A DNA stretch of 64,000 nt from Octopus vulgaris. Lineage: Eukaryota. Made by a program: the position numbers and the translations under genes. Where the stretch lies: contig OX597815.1 of the NCBI GenBank assembly GCA_951406725.2, positions 167,896,001-167,960,000 on the forward strand, written 5' to 3'. Below are positions 36,011 through 50,169 of this stretch, in pieces. The notes below the pieces were generated by a model. It made no database searches. It saw nothing but the letters and a program-made list of their open reading frames with translations, and was not told the origin of the DNA. Position 1 is the first letter of the stretch. Each line of letters starts with the position of its first letter.

Positions 36011-36889
36011 ACTGCAAATGACAACAGAACAGGTGTATCCCAAATTCTGCCAGTCGGGTAGCAATGATGCGTTAGGGCCAAAACGGGAACAAAGGATGTG
36101 GAAGCGGTGGTGGTGGTGGTGGTGGTGGTGGTAGTGGTGGTGGTGGTGGTGGTGATGGTGGTGGCAGTGGTTGTGGTGACGTTAGGGAACACACTTGACG
36201 TAATTATAGATTATCTTTGTTATTCTTGTTATGTCTGGAATTATGTTGATATAGATTTCATAGCACTCTAACTCCCACTAGGGTATCTATGAATATATAC
36301 AGACATACACAATACAAACACGCACTTATACATACATACATACATACATACATACATACATACATACTTACATACATACATACACGCATACATACATACA
36401 TACATACATACATACACACACACACCCATACATACATACATACATACATACATACATACATACATACATACATACATACATACATACATACATACATACA
36501 TACATACATACATACATACATACATACATACATACATACATACATACATGTTTGTGTGCGTGTGTGTATGTACATATATTTATATATAGATACATATACA
36601 TGTAATATATATGTATCTAGGATGATTGAATTGAAACAGATCTCATTCTATAGCGTTTTCACGTATACCGGAAAACGGGTTAGTAAATGAGTTGGTAAGA
36701 ATGAACGGAATTGAATACCTTTATTGGCCATCATTTTACCGGAAGCAGGTATGCTGAAATTACTTTTTCCTTTAATAAATAGAATATTCCCATTCACATG
36801 GGCTGGTGGCTTGAACCCACTGTCATTATTACCATTACACACCACGCGCTGTAGTCTTGTGCTGCAGTCGTACACTCCGCTAGAGTCCT

Positions 36890-37450
36890 CCACATCTAGT
36901 CCTTGACACTATCGCTCCACCTTCATCTTTGTCGCCCACCAGCCTGTTTGTCATCCATTTAGCTCCGAGAGAGCGGACACAGATGTTCTGCGTAGCTGAC
37001 GAACCTATTGCAGTTTCTCCTGCCTGTTCACAGTCAAAACGTTCGTTCGTTCTTCAATCTTCTTCAGGATAAAATCGTTTGTTCTACAGACAACCCAACT
37101 GATCCATAGCACATGTATATACTACGTTACCTCGAAAGCCTTCAATTGCTTGGTATCAGCCATTCTTAGGACCCTTACTTCATACTCGTACAACACTACT
37201 GGCCAAACCAGTGCTATTGGTTAGATCGCAGTCTCTCCACATTGTACTGAATGACCTCAACGCTGATATTCCTGCTCCAAGTCTTGCTCTAATTTCTTGA
37301 CTCCAGTTTGCTTTTCAGTCAACAATGTAGCCTATGTACTTGAACCTGTCAGCCTGGGCTAGTGGGGAATAGCACTTTAAGATAATCACTATTAATGTCA
37401 TAGCCAAAATGTATTTTAATATTCGAATGGTCACATATAAAACGCCTTGG
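36890..37450 (-). mobile_element. RTE-clade LINE remnant
   Basis: FKYIG, EIRARL, LVWPVVLY, QLKAFEV motifs on the minus strand. Confidence 0.65.
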
Positions 37451-38376
37451 TAACACAGTTTCTTGATCAGAGTTGACATAGATTTAACTACGATGACGAC
37501 CATTACGACCACCACCACGCCACCAAAATATCTGCCATAAAAAAGCATGGAAAGAAGTGAAGGAGTTTTTTCAGGATAATGCGCACATACTTAACACTTA
37601 ATAACAACAAGCACAATCAAAGAACGAAAAATATATCATGATCATCAATAAACCACCAATATATCTTTGCTATTCTTATCATTAATATCGGTATCATTAT
37701 CAACATCACCAAAAATAGAATCATCCCTCCCACCACCACTATCATTATCACCACCGTCCTCATGGCGTCTTGATCCTCATCGTCTTGATCATAATCACCG
37801 TTACATCATTATCATCATCATCATCACTTCCATAATCTCAATCATCCATAACAGCAAACATATGAACAACGATAGTCTAACTTTTAATAAATGCCTTTGA
37901 CGCTGAGCTACAACTAACTATGTACAGTTGTACGTCACGTGATACATACCATAAACAAATATCTGAATTCTGCCAACGTACAAAAAGGAAGTCAAGAACA
38001 CTCACACGGTTGCATGCGTACATACATACATGCATACAAACATACATATATATATACACACAAACATACATATATACAAACATGCACACATACATACATA
38101 CATAAATATACACACATACACACCCGATACTATCAGAAATATATACGTATGTGGGTAAAAACCATATATGTATGTTTATACGTACATATATACATATATA
38201 TACATATACATATATATACATTTATATGTGTATATATATATATATATACATTTATGTATATATATGTATGTATGTATATATATATATATATATGTATGTA
38301 TGCATATATATATATATACATATATATAGGCACAGACATACATTGAAATCACACACACACAATACATACAGATTAA

Positions 38377-38418
<42 letters not shown>

Positions 38419-38822
38419 GCACCAAGAAGGTTAGTACAAACGCAAACAAAAATAAATGCAATTTAGAAAGTCTTTTGAAAATATTTACTCACAACATTTT
38501 ATTGCCGTTTTAGTCGCATACAAAGTATTACATAGTTTTGTTAAATTCTATCATATTACTTTGTGTTTATGTGTGTGTGTGTGTGAGTCTTTGTGTGAAT
38601 GTGTGTGAGTGTATAAGTGGACAACTTCGGAGCAACTTTTCCTCTTGTTATCAGAAAATACATACAAAATTGTGTATGTTTCTGTGAGTATATACACACA
38701 CAGAATCACACACACACACACACACACACATACACACATACTCACACATGTCTAACTTCACTCCGTCTCTACATATACCTACACACACACACACACACAA
38801 ACACACACGTATATATATAAAC

Positions 38823-38877
<55 letters not shown>

Positions 38878-40519
38878 CAGTTCCTTTGATCCACTGGACC
38901 TCACACTAATGGATATGTACTGTTGTAATTTAAAGCATACTGACGTAAATTTAATCTTTCAGTGTTTACAAGTATTTTGTTTTGCTTTCTTTAATTTGTA
39001 TAGTATTACTGTTACCATTTATTTGTTATTTGATTTTCTCTGGATTTATTTGGTTTCTTTTCATCGTCTTTTTTGTCTCTCTATATATATAAAAAAAAGT
39101 TTTATTTAATTGCTACAGGTTATCTGCCCCTGCTTGTCTAAATGTTTATATCAATAAACTTTACCACCATTTTGTAACAGTCTCTCTTCAGCGAATACGA
39201 CACATATATTTCTATGTTTATTTATTTTATTTTAATACCATTTTGTTTTATTTTATTTTATAAGCTTTATTTTCTTCCAAGTATTCTTTCTTTTTTTTTG
39301 TTTTTGTTCCTATAAAGAGTCGAGGGATCTGGTATCTTTCTTGTGTTTCGAGCTATATCCAGCTTTGTTTTTTGCCCTAAATCTACTAAGAACCTTGGTA
39401 AGAAAAAATATAAGAAAGCAAAGGGAAACTTTCAAAGCTAATATTTTCAGTCAGGTTTTTAAAATAAAATGTCGTCTTCCTTGTATTTTCGAAAAGAAAT
39501 ATTTATTTATTTATTTATTTAAATTCTCTCCAAACTGCTGACATATTCTGAATTTGATTTGAGAATTTGAGAGCAGAATTCTTAGTACGTTATGTATGAC
39601 TTTCTCTTTTGCCAGTATTTTTTTCTTAATTTTTATTAGTGTCCTTAAAAAAACCCACACTTGCGAAAGTTTCAGCTTTATTTCACCTCAGACACAAAAC
39701 TTAAGACTGAAAAAACACAGCAGGGATAAAATAAAGAAAAGTATAAACCAAAAAAGAGATTCTTTAAAAGAATTCGAAAGTAATAAAGAAAAAGAGAGTT
39801 TGAGACGTGCGCTAATGTTGACTATTCAAGGAAAAGTCCTCCCTCGGAGATAAGACGAAAGTTTTTCACTGTTTTTCCCTCTGCCTGACCTGTAAATGTC
39901 AGACAGACGCTTGAAACTTATAGTCTCATATTTACATCATTAAAAGAATAATGGCCGTAGCGATAGCATCTGTGTCGAAAGATTTGGAACAAATTTTGGT
40001 AAGCTGAGAAAAATATAGAAATTTAAAAACAAGAAATAACAAAATACGTCCGAGAATGTTAATAAAATAAACACATTATTTGAAATGTCGATGCGAGTGT
40101 TTTACAAAGATATTGTTCTACGGTGTAAGGGTTTTAATAGCAATTCTACCGTCTGCCTTGTTTCTGTTTTTGGAGGGTTTTTAAAAAATTTTTTTTCAAT
40201 TTTGCAGCAAAATGCCAGATACTTTTTTTTTTCTGATGCTGCATTCAGTATGTATGATGTAAAAACAAACTTTTAGGGTCGAATGACAATGTTTAAAGGA
40301 CTTTAGTGTGCGTATTAATCTGTAGCATGTTGCGCTATAGACAACAGGGAATACTGGCTACAATCCATCTTGTAACCAATATTTCATTTGCCGCAGCTGG
40401 TGTACATCTGTTTGTGGTATACAGCCTGAATTGTGTTTCCTTCATATCGGAGGTAATGCAAAGTCTTATGCACATAGTTCAATATCTATAGATACATATA
40501 TAAAAATAGACATGTATCC

Positions 40520-40547
40520 AAATAGATAGATAGATAGATAGATAGAC

Positions 40548-40622
<75 letters not shown>

Positions 40623-40635
40623 GGATGGATGGATG

Positions 40636-40702
<67 letters not shown>

Positions 40703-40706
40703 GATG

Positions 40707-40774
<68 letters not shown>

Positions 40775-40880
40775 CACACACAGACAGACACACAGACAGA
40801 CACACAGACAGACACAGACAGATGGATTGATGGACGGACGGACGGACGGACAGATTGACAGATGGACAGACAGACAGGCA
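40520..40880. repeat. (GATA)n/(GACA)n microsatellite
   Basis: Directly visible. Confidence 0.95.
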
Positions 40881-40913
40881 GGTAAGGATTATGCAATACA
40901 TTTTAGTAGAGCA

Positions 40914-41001
40914 CATTAAATTCTACAGGGAAAAATCTCACAGTGACTCCGAAGCAGAAACTTCGAAGTCACTGTAAAACTTTTCCCAGTAAAATTTAAT
41001 G
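40914..41001 (-). repeat. 88-nt hairpin with 41-bp arms and a 6-nt loop
   Basis: cattaaatt...gactccgaag-cagaaa-cttcgaagtc...aatttaatg; 6 mismatches. Confidence 0.85.
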
Positions 41002-41039
41002 CGTGTGTGTGTGTGTGCGTTCGTGTGCATCATCTATAT

Positions 41040-41600
41040 CGACCGGACTATCACATGTTGTATACACAGCTGGACACAATGCGCTCCTTGATCGTTCCAT
41101 TCTTTCTCATCTCTTGGCTCAAACTGTTTTGCTAAGTCGTCTTTCCATCTTCGTGGAGGCCTTCTGAGCGGCCTTTTCCGATCTCTTGGATACCACTCTG
41201 CAAATGCACTTGCGCTTTCGATATTCTACGATCACGTCGTTCACTCAGTTTCGATCTCGAATCTCCTCATCTAGGATATGTTCTCGCAATGACATTCCTA
41301 TCTCGCATCTTCACATAGCCGTTTGTGTCGTAGCCAATGTTCTTCCTTCTTCATAGTAACCCACGTCTCACCTGCATATAAGAGTGCAAATAAGAGCAGT
41401 GCTATTGAAGAGACAGGAACGTATGCACTTATCCAGTTTTGCTTTGAGCACATCATTTACGGCTGTACATGCTTTCCACCCTGCCCTTATTCTTTCCGAG
41501 ATTTCAGTGTCCATGTCTTTGCGCATATTCACCGTGTGCTCCAAACAAACGTCTTTACTTCCTCGATTTCATCTCTTCCCACTTATTAAGCTTTGTACCA
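41040..41600 (-). mobile_element. RTE-clade LINE 3' end(s), including the 3' tail
   Basis: LLYAGETW and EWYPRDRKRPLRRPPRRWKDD, followed by a tail shared with SINEs. Confidence 0.75.
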
Positions 41601-41896
41601 TGCCTTCGGACCACATATATATTTTGATGACATGTGGTTCAATTTAAGGCCTATGGCTGATTAGTGGATTCCCTGCTCTGTCAACACTAACAATACAGTC
41701 ACGTTTCGAACAGATTTATTTGTATTTTTCACAGCTATATTCACCTTTAAGCCGATCTGCTTTTTATTTTTTTTTACTACATTGTGCTTAAAGAGAAATG
41801 AAATCACAAACAGCTCGATTTTCTAAAGTAAACACTCACAAGATGGTAATTTCCACAAGTATGTATATGACTCTCCTATAAACTTGAAATTCAAAA

Positions 41897-41936
41897 TTGC
41901 ACTGATGAAACCTATAAGATTGAAACGGGTATGTAA
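41897..41936 (+). ncRNA. Minimal type I hammerhead, slightly decayed
   Basis: ttgca-CTGATGA-aacc(tataa)gatt-GAAA-cggg-TA-tgtaa; one mismatch in stem II. Confidence 0.6.
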
Positions 41937-42046
41937 ATTAAAATTTCTAGCTGGAGTACAGTCTTGATGGGTTTAATCGAAGAAGTTAACTCCACTTAAC
42001 AAGTGCTGGTAGAAGACAAGCATATATATATATATATATATATATA

Positions 42047-42232
42047 GGGAGAGTTTACGAAAATAACAAAAGACGAAGACAGGTGGTGTACAAAACAAAC
42101 AGATGTATTAGTATAACGCTCGGGAATAGAAAAAAGTCTTTTACGTTTCGAGCCTACGCTCTTCTACTGAAAGGGACACAGAAAAAACAAGGAGAGAAAA
42201 AATGTGTGTAGTGGCTAACGATCTATCATGGC
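42047..42232 (-). mobile_element. Short (TA)n-embedded repeat carrying a degenerate hammerhead skeleton (42138-42173)
   Basis: Minus strand cttt-cagtagaa-gagc(gtag)gctc-GAAA-cg-TA-aaag; similar to 11130-11290; partial copy at ~51265-51330. Confidence 0.6.
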
Positions 42233-42299
<67 letters not shown>

Positions 42300-42835
42300 T
42301 GTATGTATGTATGTATGTATGTATGTATGTATGTATACGACGGGCGTCTTACAGTTTCGGCCTACTAAATACGCTCATAAGGCTTTGGTCGACAAGAGAC
42401 CACACAGTGGAACAGAACCCATGGCTACATGTTTGCAAGGCAAGTTGAAATTTGCTGTTGAAATTTATTTTACAAATTGCAGAAAGATGAAAAGAAAACT
42501 TTTAATAAACATCTTCGTTCATGAGAAAGAAAACTTGGAGAAAAAAATGCAAGTTTAAGGTGCATAAAGTTTAAGGTGCTGCCGTTCAGGAACACAAGGG
42601 AACAGCTTATATAGAACGTTGAACCATATTTCCCTACAAAACTAAACTCTAAAACAGAGTATCTGGTAATTTTAAGCGCAGGCGAAGCTGTGTAGTAAGA
42701 GGTTTACATCCCAGTCACATAGTTCCGGGTTCAGTCCTACTGCATGCCACCTTAGTTAAGTGTCTTGTATATATATATGTATGCGTGTGTGTATATATAT
42801 ATGTATGTGTGTATATATATATATATATATATGTA

Positions 42836-43069
42836 AGGCGGCGAGCTGGCAGAATCGTTAGCACGCCGGGCGAAATGCGTAGCCGTATTTCGTCTGCCGT
42901 TACGTGTTCTGGGTTCAAATTCCGCCGAGTTCGACTTTGCCTTTCATCCTTTCGGGGTCAATTAAATAAGTACCAGTTACGTTCTGGGGTCGATGTAATC
43001 GACTTAATCCCATTGTCTGTCCTTGTTTGTCCCCTCTATGTTTAGCCCCTTGTGGGTAGTAAAGAAATA
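42836..43069 (+). mobile_element. tRNA-derived SINE family B, full length
   Basis: AGGCGGCGAGCTGGCAGAA...GGTTCAAATTCC; central GCCTTTCATCCTTTCGGGGTC block (resembles the MetaSINE domain, from memory). Confidence 0.9.
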
Positions 43070-43614
43070 TATATATATATGTATGCACGTGTGTGTGTGC
43101 CTTTGTTTGCCACCACCGTTTTACAACTGGAGTGAGTTTGCTTATGAGCCTGTAACTTAGCGGTTTAGCATAAAAATCGATCGAATAAATATCAAGCTTT
43201 AAAACAATAAATAGTAGGGTCAATTTGTTCCACTAAAACTCTTCAAGGTGGTGCTCCAGCATGGCCGTCAGTACAATGACTGAAACATGTAAAAAATTTT
43301 AAAATGTACGGATAATCAGTATACGCTGGTTTATGGATGTTGTCTTTTAAACCCATATCAGCACAAATTGTGTAGACCTATAGTCAAACGACGTCTCAGC
43401 CGTGTCAATCCCACCTGTTTTTCTTTATATCATTTTATCCAATTTTCTTTTTTTGTGTGTTGCTTTGTTTGTGTGTGTGTGTGTTTCTTTTTTTAGTCAT
43501 ATATAAGTTGATTAGGTTGATATTTCAAGAAAGGGGAAAACAAGGAGTTGAGTGGAGAAGAGGAAAAGAAATAGAATGAAAGTGAGAAGGAGGAAGCGTG
43601 TAGAGATGGAGACT

Positions 43615-43669
43615 GAAGAAGAAGAAGAAGAAGAAGAAGAAGAAGAAGAAGAAGAAGAAGAAGAAGAAG

Positions 43670-43753
<84 letters not shown>
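43615..43753. repeat. (GAA)n(GTA)n microsatellite
   Basis: Directly visible. Confidence 0.97.
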
Positions 43754-43754
<1 letters not shown>

Positions 43755-44955
43755 TAATATTTTCTTAGCGTTGCTCATTAAGTTCCGAAATAATCTCTTT
43801 TGACGATATTCTTATAAAAGGTTTTTCTTATCTAGTTCTCTGCTTTTATACATATTTCTGGTAATTCTTAGCTTGCTTTCTTTTGATGTTTTGTCTCCTT
43901 CATTAAACGCATGAAACAAGTTATGAAAACCATTCAACCAATGGATGAATGGTATACGGTGTCAGAGTACTTGAGGGTTAACTGTATAGATTTATAGCAA
44001 GCTAGCACCAAACAAATAAGATTTATATTCCGGAAGTACTAATAAAGGCAATAGGCAAACACAGCCGGTGACTTAAACATAGATACATACACATACACAC
44101 ACACATATACACACATACACACATATACAGATACACTGATAAACACATACAAACACATTAACACGTAACTACAGGTAAACAGGAACATGTTTTTCGTTGT
44201 CTATCTCTAATTTCCTCTATATCCAGTACTGAGTCTTCACTCTTAGAAACACTACTCCGGACAATAACTTCTCTTACATTGTTAAGAGAAACGCATTATA
44301 TTGCTCCAGTGGGTCGGTTGAAATAAACTGATTTATCACATAATTTTATTCGTTCCTTCATTTTATGTTTTAACGCTTATTTTGTTATGCATTTGTATCC
44401 TCCATTTTATATCCGTAGATTTTCTTTGTTTATTTTTCTTTTCATTATCCCATTTGCTTTGTCATGTTAATGTTTTTGTTAACCGCTTTGCTTTATATAA
44501 TTTTTTTTTCTTTTTTTTTATCTTTTGTTTCTGTATTATTTCTTTTATGTTGTGTGGAGGCCTTCCTTTATTTCTTCTTCACGTCGTTGTTATTGTTATC
44601 GTTCTACTTAGAAAATCAAAACTTCGCAAGAAGAATTAGTTAATTACTTAACTGTTATTCTGTCACCCTTTTTTTGTTTGATTTTTTTCCTCGTCTGCGG
44701 TGCATGAATCATTCTTCATATCTATTGCATTTTAACTGTAGCTGGATAACAATATTTATGTGACATTCATGCATTTTGCTTAATTAGAGTTGAGATAGAA
44801 ATATGAACGCAGTTATGGGATAGAAGAATAAATGAAAGTGTTTATTATGACGTGTGACAATAAGTATAACAGTATCTCAATAGGAATAAATGGTTAGCCA
44901 ACTATGATGTCGCTATTGTGTAATTTCTTTCTTGAATCTACATCGAGCTCGTGGT

Positions 44956-45323
44956 CAGGGCCGGATTAAGACCCCACCGAGGCCCTAAGCAGTTAAGATT
45001 TTGGTCTATATTCAAAATATAGACAATAAACCATAAAATATATTTTTATTTTTCAAACGAAACAAAATAGTAAGCGGGAAAATAATGGTCTATTTTTGTA
45101 TACTTCCACTTTATTTATATTTGAAAAGTTTCCTCGTACCTTTTTTGAACTGTAAAGTCTTTGATCAGATCCTCAAAATTAATCTTAGGTAACACATCCC
45201 GAATATTATTTTAGCAAGTTTTTTCTTTTGTGCCGTAAACCATTTAACACTTCTGTGGTGCCCCCTCCTTCCTCTGATGCTCTAAACACGTGCTTATTTT
45301 GCTTAATGGTTAATCCAGCGCTG
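44956..45323. mobile_element. hAT-type MITE
   Basis: TIRs CAGGGCCGGATTAA / TTAATCCAGCGCTG; degenerate 8-bp TSD ctcgtggt / ctcatgat. Confidence 0.8.
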
Positions 45324-46637
45324 CTCATGATGCTGAGCTTATCTGGATTTTATAGGTGCTTAAACTGAAAGTATTGGTGGCATCTGCAGATGCTACTGGT
45401 GCTCATTCTTACTCTGATTGTACTTAAGCAATGTGAAATGATAAACTGTGTTCAAGTACACAATGAACCGCCTGGTTATAGAATTGAACCTGCGATCTAA
45501 TGATTGTGAGCCCAGCAACCTAGGTACTATCCCGTGCAGCTTCACTGGATTCAGTTCTATCCCTAAGTGAAGTTACTCCAGATATTCTAACTGACCTCCC
45601 ACCAATAGAAGGAGAAAACATTCGTTTAACGTTACAAATCCAGAGATAAACGTATCCCGAGTAAACTGCAGCGGTCGACTAGAGGTAATGATATTTATAT
45701 GAGCAGAGCTCGAAAGACGAATACTCGAAAAAGTAGCTCAGCCTAAAATGATGTCAGAATAATGCAGGAAATCTATAACAGCTTTCTAAGCATGTTTTAG
45801 TAGTCAAATGAATGGTATTATTACAGCAAGTGTGCATGTATCAAAAGGAAAATATTGTATCACATGAAAGTAAAAAGGCAAGATATAAAACTCAATGACA
45901 CTACGTGAGAGTTACAAATACTTAGGTCAAGATGAAAGAATGATATTTGCTAACCTAGCCAATAAAGAATGTGTTTAAAATACATTACTGAAACGGAAGA
46001 AGGAGGAAAATGAAACGTTTCCATTGGTTTGTTTTGTTTTTTGTTTACAATGAATATGTAGCTTGAAATGTATTTGTAAGACTTCTTTTAGTTCCCATAT
46101 ATGATTTTCTAAGCAAAGAAATAACATATTTACTTGAGATTGATGTGAAAACTGAAAAATTGTTGTCCTCGATGTAAAACATTAGAATAAAGTGATATTT
46201 TTATTGACTATATTTCCTTGGAAAGAAAGTAAAGGTTATAAATGTATAACAATAACATATTAAGTTTGAATTGTATGGTTGAATAACAACTGCTTCAAGC
46301 ATTTATGAAACTAGAAATTATTAGTATAAGAATAGCTGATTATCGTAAAGAAGCCATACAATAGATTATGAGGTAAGTCACTCTCTGAATCACTAAAGCA
46401 AACAAAATTATCTTTAAAAGAAGAAATAAATAGGAAATCAAACAAATTAAACAGAAATAAGTTACTTAACTGAAACGTCGATAATTTATTTCCAGCAAAA
46501 ATTAAGATATATAAAGAATATGAGTATATATAAGATTATCACATTTATTAACGTGCATCTCTTTCTTTTCTCAGTAACCAGCAGTACAGTTTCTATAGAA
46601 CTGTATCTACGAGAGACAGTCTCGCATATCACGTATA

Positions 46638-47152
46638 CCGTAAATCCTCGAGTATAGTCCGCCCTTGAGTATAACACCCAGGGGTTTTTTAGGGGATTGT
46701 ACCTCTGAAAAACCTAAACCTTGTGTATAATACGCACCCCTTCTCTAACTTGAGTCAAGGAAGTCTTTGTAACGTCCTTGGTTTGTAAAAATGTACACGG
46801 TAACGTCCTTTGTTATTATTGTATATATAACATAATGCAAACGTGTAGCTTTTTTGTGCATTTTGTTTGCAGAAAATAAAGAAATAACAGCAATAACGTT
46901 TAATAAATGTTGCTTGCTGCAAGTTATGGACGATTCTTTTATGACTTCATTGCTTTCATGCTTAGCTTAAGGTATTTTCGCGCCCGACCTCACAAAATGC
47001 GTCTGAATAAACATAGCCAGACAGCAAATAGAGACTCGGACATTGCTTAGAAAGTAATTTTCACTTTTAACCTCGTATATAGTACGCACTAGGGATTTTG
47101 ACCGTTAAATTTTTTTTGGGGGGGTGTGCGGATAATACTCGAGGATTTACGG
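46638..47152. mobile_element. Tc1/mariner-pogo-type MITE
   Basis: Perfect TIRs CCGTAAATCCTCGAGTAT / ATACTCGAGGATTTACGG, TA on both sides, subterminal sub-repeats. Confidence 0.9.
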
Positions 47153-47963
47153 TAAGTAATCTGTTGGCATTGAAAGTTTCGGTGAAAAAACAAAAATTTC
47201 TTTACGTATTAAAGATTATAGCTGTGTCGCACGTTAGAATTTTGTGGCAGAATATATTGTATAATATATTGTAGTAGGCTACATTATGTTTACTAACAAA
47301 ATACAAGTCATAGATGAAAAGCATTTTATCATAGGACTGCTCTGTAAGAGCCGCTCTAGGTGTAAGCAAAGAAGATAATTTAGTGTTTGATTTTTGGTTC
47401 TTGGTGCGGAACAGCAAAGGATTTCATCTTACCAAGTTGCTCACATCCCTCTTTAATATCCACAGTTCTAAATAAGAATCTAATCATATTGGGTGAAACT
47501 CCTAATTAAATATGCGCTTAATAACAATCCAGTTGATTATTGCCATACTGAAAATTTAAAATACTTAACCCTAGATGACAGGCATAAAAGTACGCTTATT
47601 TCACACAAGCACGTGCGCACACATTCACGCGTATGCACACGCACGCGTGCAGCGACATTATCAAATTTTATACGCCCCACAAGATTTGATCAGATTTCAT
47701 TCATAGTACTTCATTTCCCGTTTTAAATTCCGAATGTAGCTGGTTCACAACATTTTCAATTGTTCTCTGAAATTTCTTATACTTCTTAATTCAACTTTAG
47801 TTCGTTTCATTTATTACAACAATGGATATTGTTTTGATACACTTAATTTTCCTCTTGGTGATTGTTGTGGAACGATATATTTTATTTTCGATATCTAATT
47901 CAACTGATAGATATAGTGACAAATCTCGCTCAAATCAGTGCATTACGGAAAGGGACAAATATA

Positions 47964-48197
47964 TATTTCTTTACTATCCACAAGGGGCTACACACAGAGG
48001 GGACAAACAAGGACAGACAAACGGATTAAGTCGATTAGATCGACCCCAGTGCGAAACTGGTACTTAATTTATCGACCCCGAAAGGATGAAAGGCAAAGTC
48101 GACCTTGGCGGAATTTGAACTCAGAACGTAACGGCAGACGAAATACGGCTACGCATTTCGCCCGGCGTGCTAACGTTTCTGCCAGCTTGCCGCCTTT
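47964..48197 (-). mobile_element. SINE family B, full length, with a 16-bp TSD
   Basis: TSD gaaagggacaaatata at 47948-47963 and 48198-48213. Confidence 0.95.
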
Positions 48198-48932
48198 GAA
48201 AGGGACAAATATAGCCTTTAGAATTCCTAAAAATACATGATAATAAAGCTGGAACAATCTAGTACCAAGTATTCTCTGTCATACTGAGTTGGATAACAAA
48301 TCCAACAAACTCAAAGGTGAAATTATAAATTAGTAAGATTTACAAGTTAGTCGGAGAAAGTGGCAGATCGTTTGTCAGTTGAAATAATACTCGCAGTATC
48401 AAAATGCGCAAGTATACTACCGCCCAAATGAAGTGAAACTGCACCTGGGACATTCAGTTTGTTCTCACACTTGGCTGAAAACTTCACTGTCAACAGCAGC
48501 TGCCGTGTGATGCCATTTATTTAAATGCATATTTTAAAATATGTGTGTGCGTGTGTGTGTGTGTGTGTGTGTACGTGTGTGTGTGTTTGCAGATTTGAAT
48601 ATATATATGACCGTATATGTATATGTTGGCTGTAGTGTGCGTGCATTCATCATAAAATCTCAGTAGCTATAAAATAGTATATATATACCTGACATACTGA
48701 TGTCTCTTTTTCTCTCCCTCTCTCTCTCTCTCTCTCCCTCCCTTTCTCTCACTATCTCTTTTTCTTTTTCCTTTCTTTCTTCCACACACACACATATATA
48801 TGTATATGTGTATATACACACTCATGGAAAAATTACATATACAAACACATACGCACACACTCATGTATATAAAGACAGACAGACAGACAGCGATGGAAGT
48901 CGCGGTAGAAAGAGAAAGAGATAGATAGATAA

Positions 48933-49005
<73 letters not shown>

Positions 49006-50169
49006 AGTATATGTAAGCGTGCGTGTGTAAGCATGTGTGTGTGTGTGTGTGTGTGTGTGTCATTGTGATATTCTAGGTGAATTTGTGACTATTTGTCGGT
49101 AAATAAAGTTTATGATCCTTACATGTTCGCTATGAATTCAAAACGCGTATGTATATCTTTTTATAATTTTTAATACCATAGCTATTGTACGTGTATAACT
49201 ATATACTCGTACATGCGTAAGTTATATTGTCAGAGTGTAATAGTATGAGAAAGAGCTTTATTTTTATTTTATTTAAAGGAAAGATAAATAAGAAGAGTAA
49301 AAGAAAAATAAAGACATACATTTTTATTTTTAAGAGGAAAATCTGCAACAGTTAACGAAAGTAAATTTTCATAGTTATTAACGAAGTGTGAATTAGTTAA
49401 GCGTCCATAATTTGTTAACGACATTTTCTATGGAAAGAACAACTGAAGTCTCAGAAACTGGCGACATGTCGCCAGACTTACCTTTTGTTAGTGTTTGAAT
49501 AAAACATTAAAAGAATAATAAATAAAAACATATAAAAAAAAATAAGAAACAAAATAGTATAAAACTCACATTTTCACAAAAGAAAAGTGAGAAAATTTAT
49601 TCAATATGCCACCACGATACGAAATACGTACTGGTTTGTTTTGGTTGGTTTTGTTAGTCATTTGGTTAGTTATTTTTTTTCTTTGTATTTATCTATTTGT
49701 TCGTTTAATTACTGAATATATTTAACTACTGCAAATACTTAGCTATGTATCTATGTATCTGGGTTTCTATACTTACATATGTGTATGTAAGTGTGTGCGT
49801 GCGGCTTCACATGTGTGAGTGTATGTCTGTGCGTGTGATTATGTGCAAGCATGCACAGATACACACACTTATTTATGTATGAGGTTAATATATAGGTATA
49901 AATAAATATATATATATGTGGGGAGGGTGCGTGTGTATGTATGTATATGTATATATATATGTGTGTGTGCGTATATATATACATATATATATATTTGCAT
50001 ATACATACATATATATACATATATACATATATATATACATATATATACATGCATATGTATATATTCATATACATATATATATTTACATATGCATACATAT
50101 ATATATACATACATATATACATACATACATACATACATACATATAAATGGGGGTAAAATACTATTCTAC

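Noticed and set aside
40383-40458. Possible small host exon (ttcatttgccgcag...gag|gtaatg)
   Set aside because: Splice-like signals only; no recognisable peptide or partner exons.
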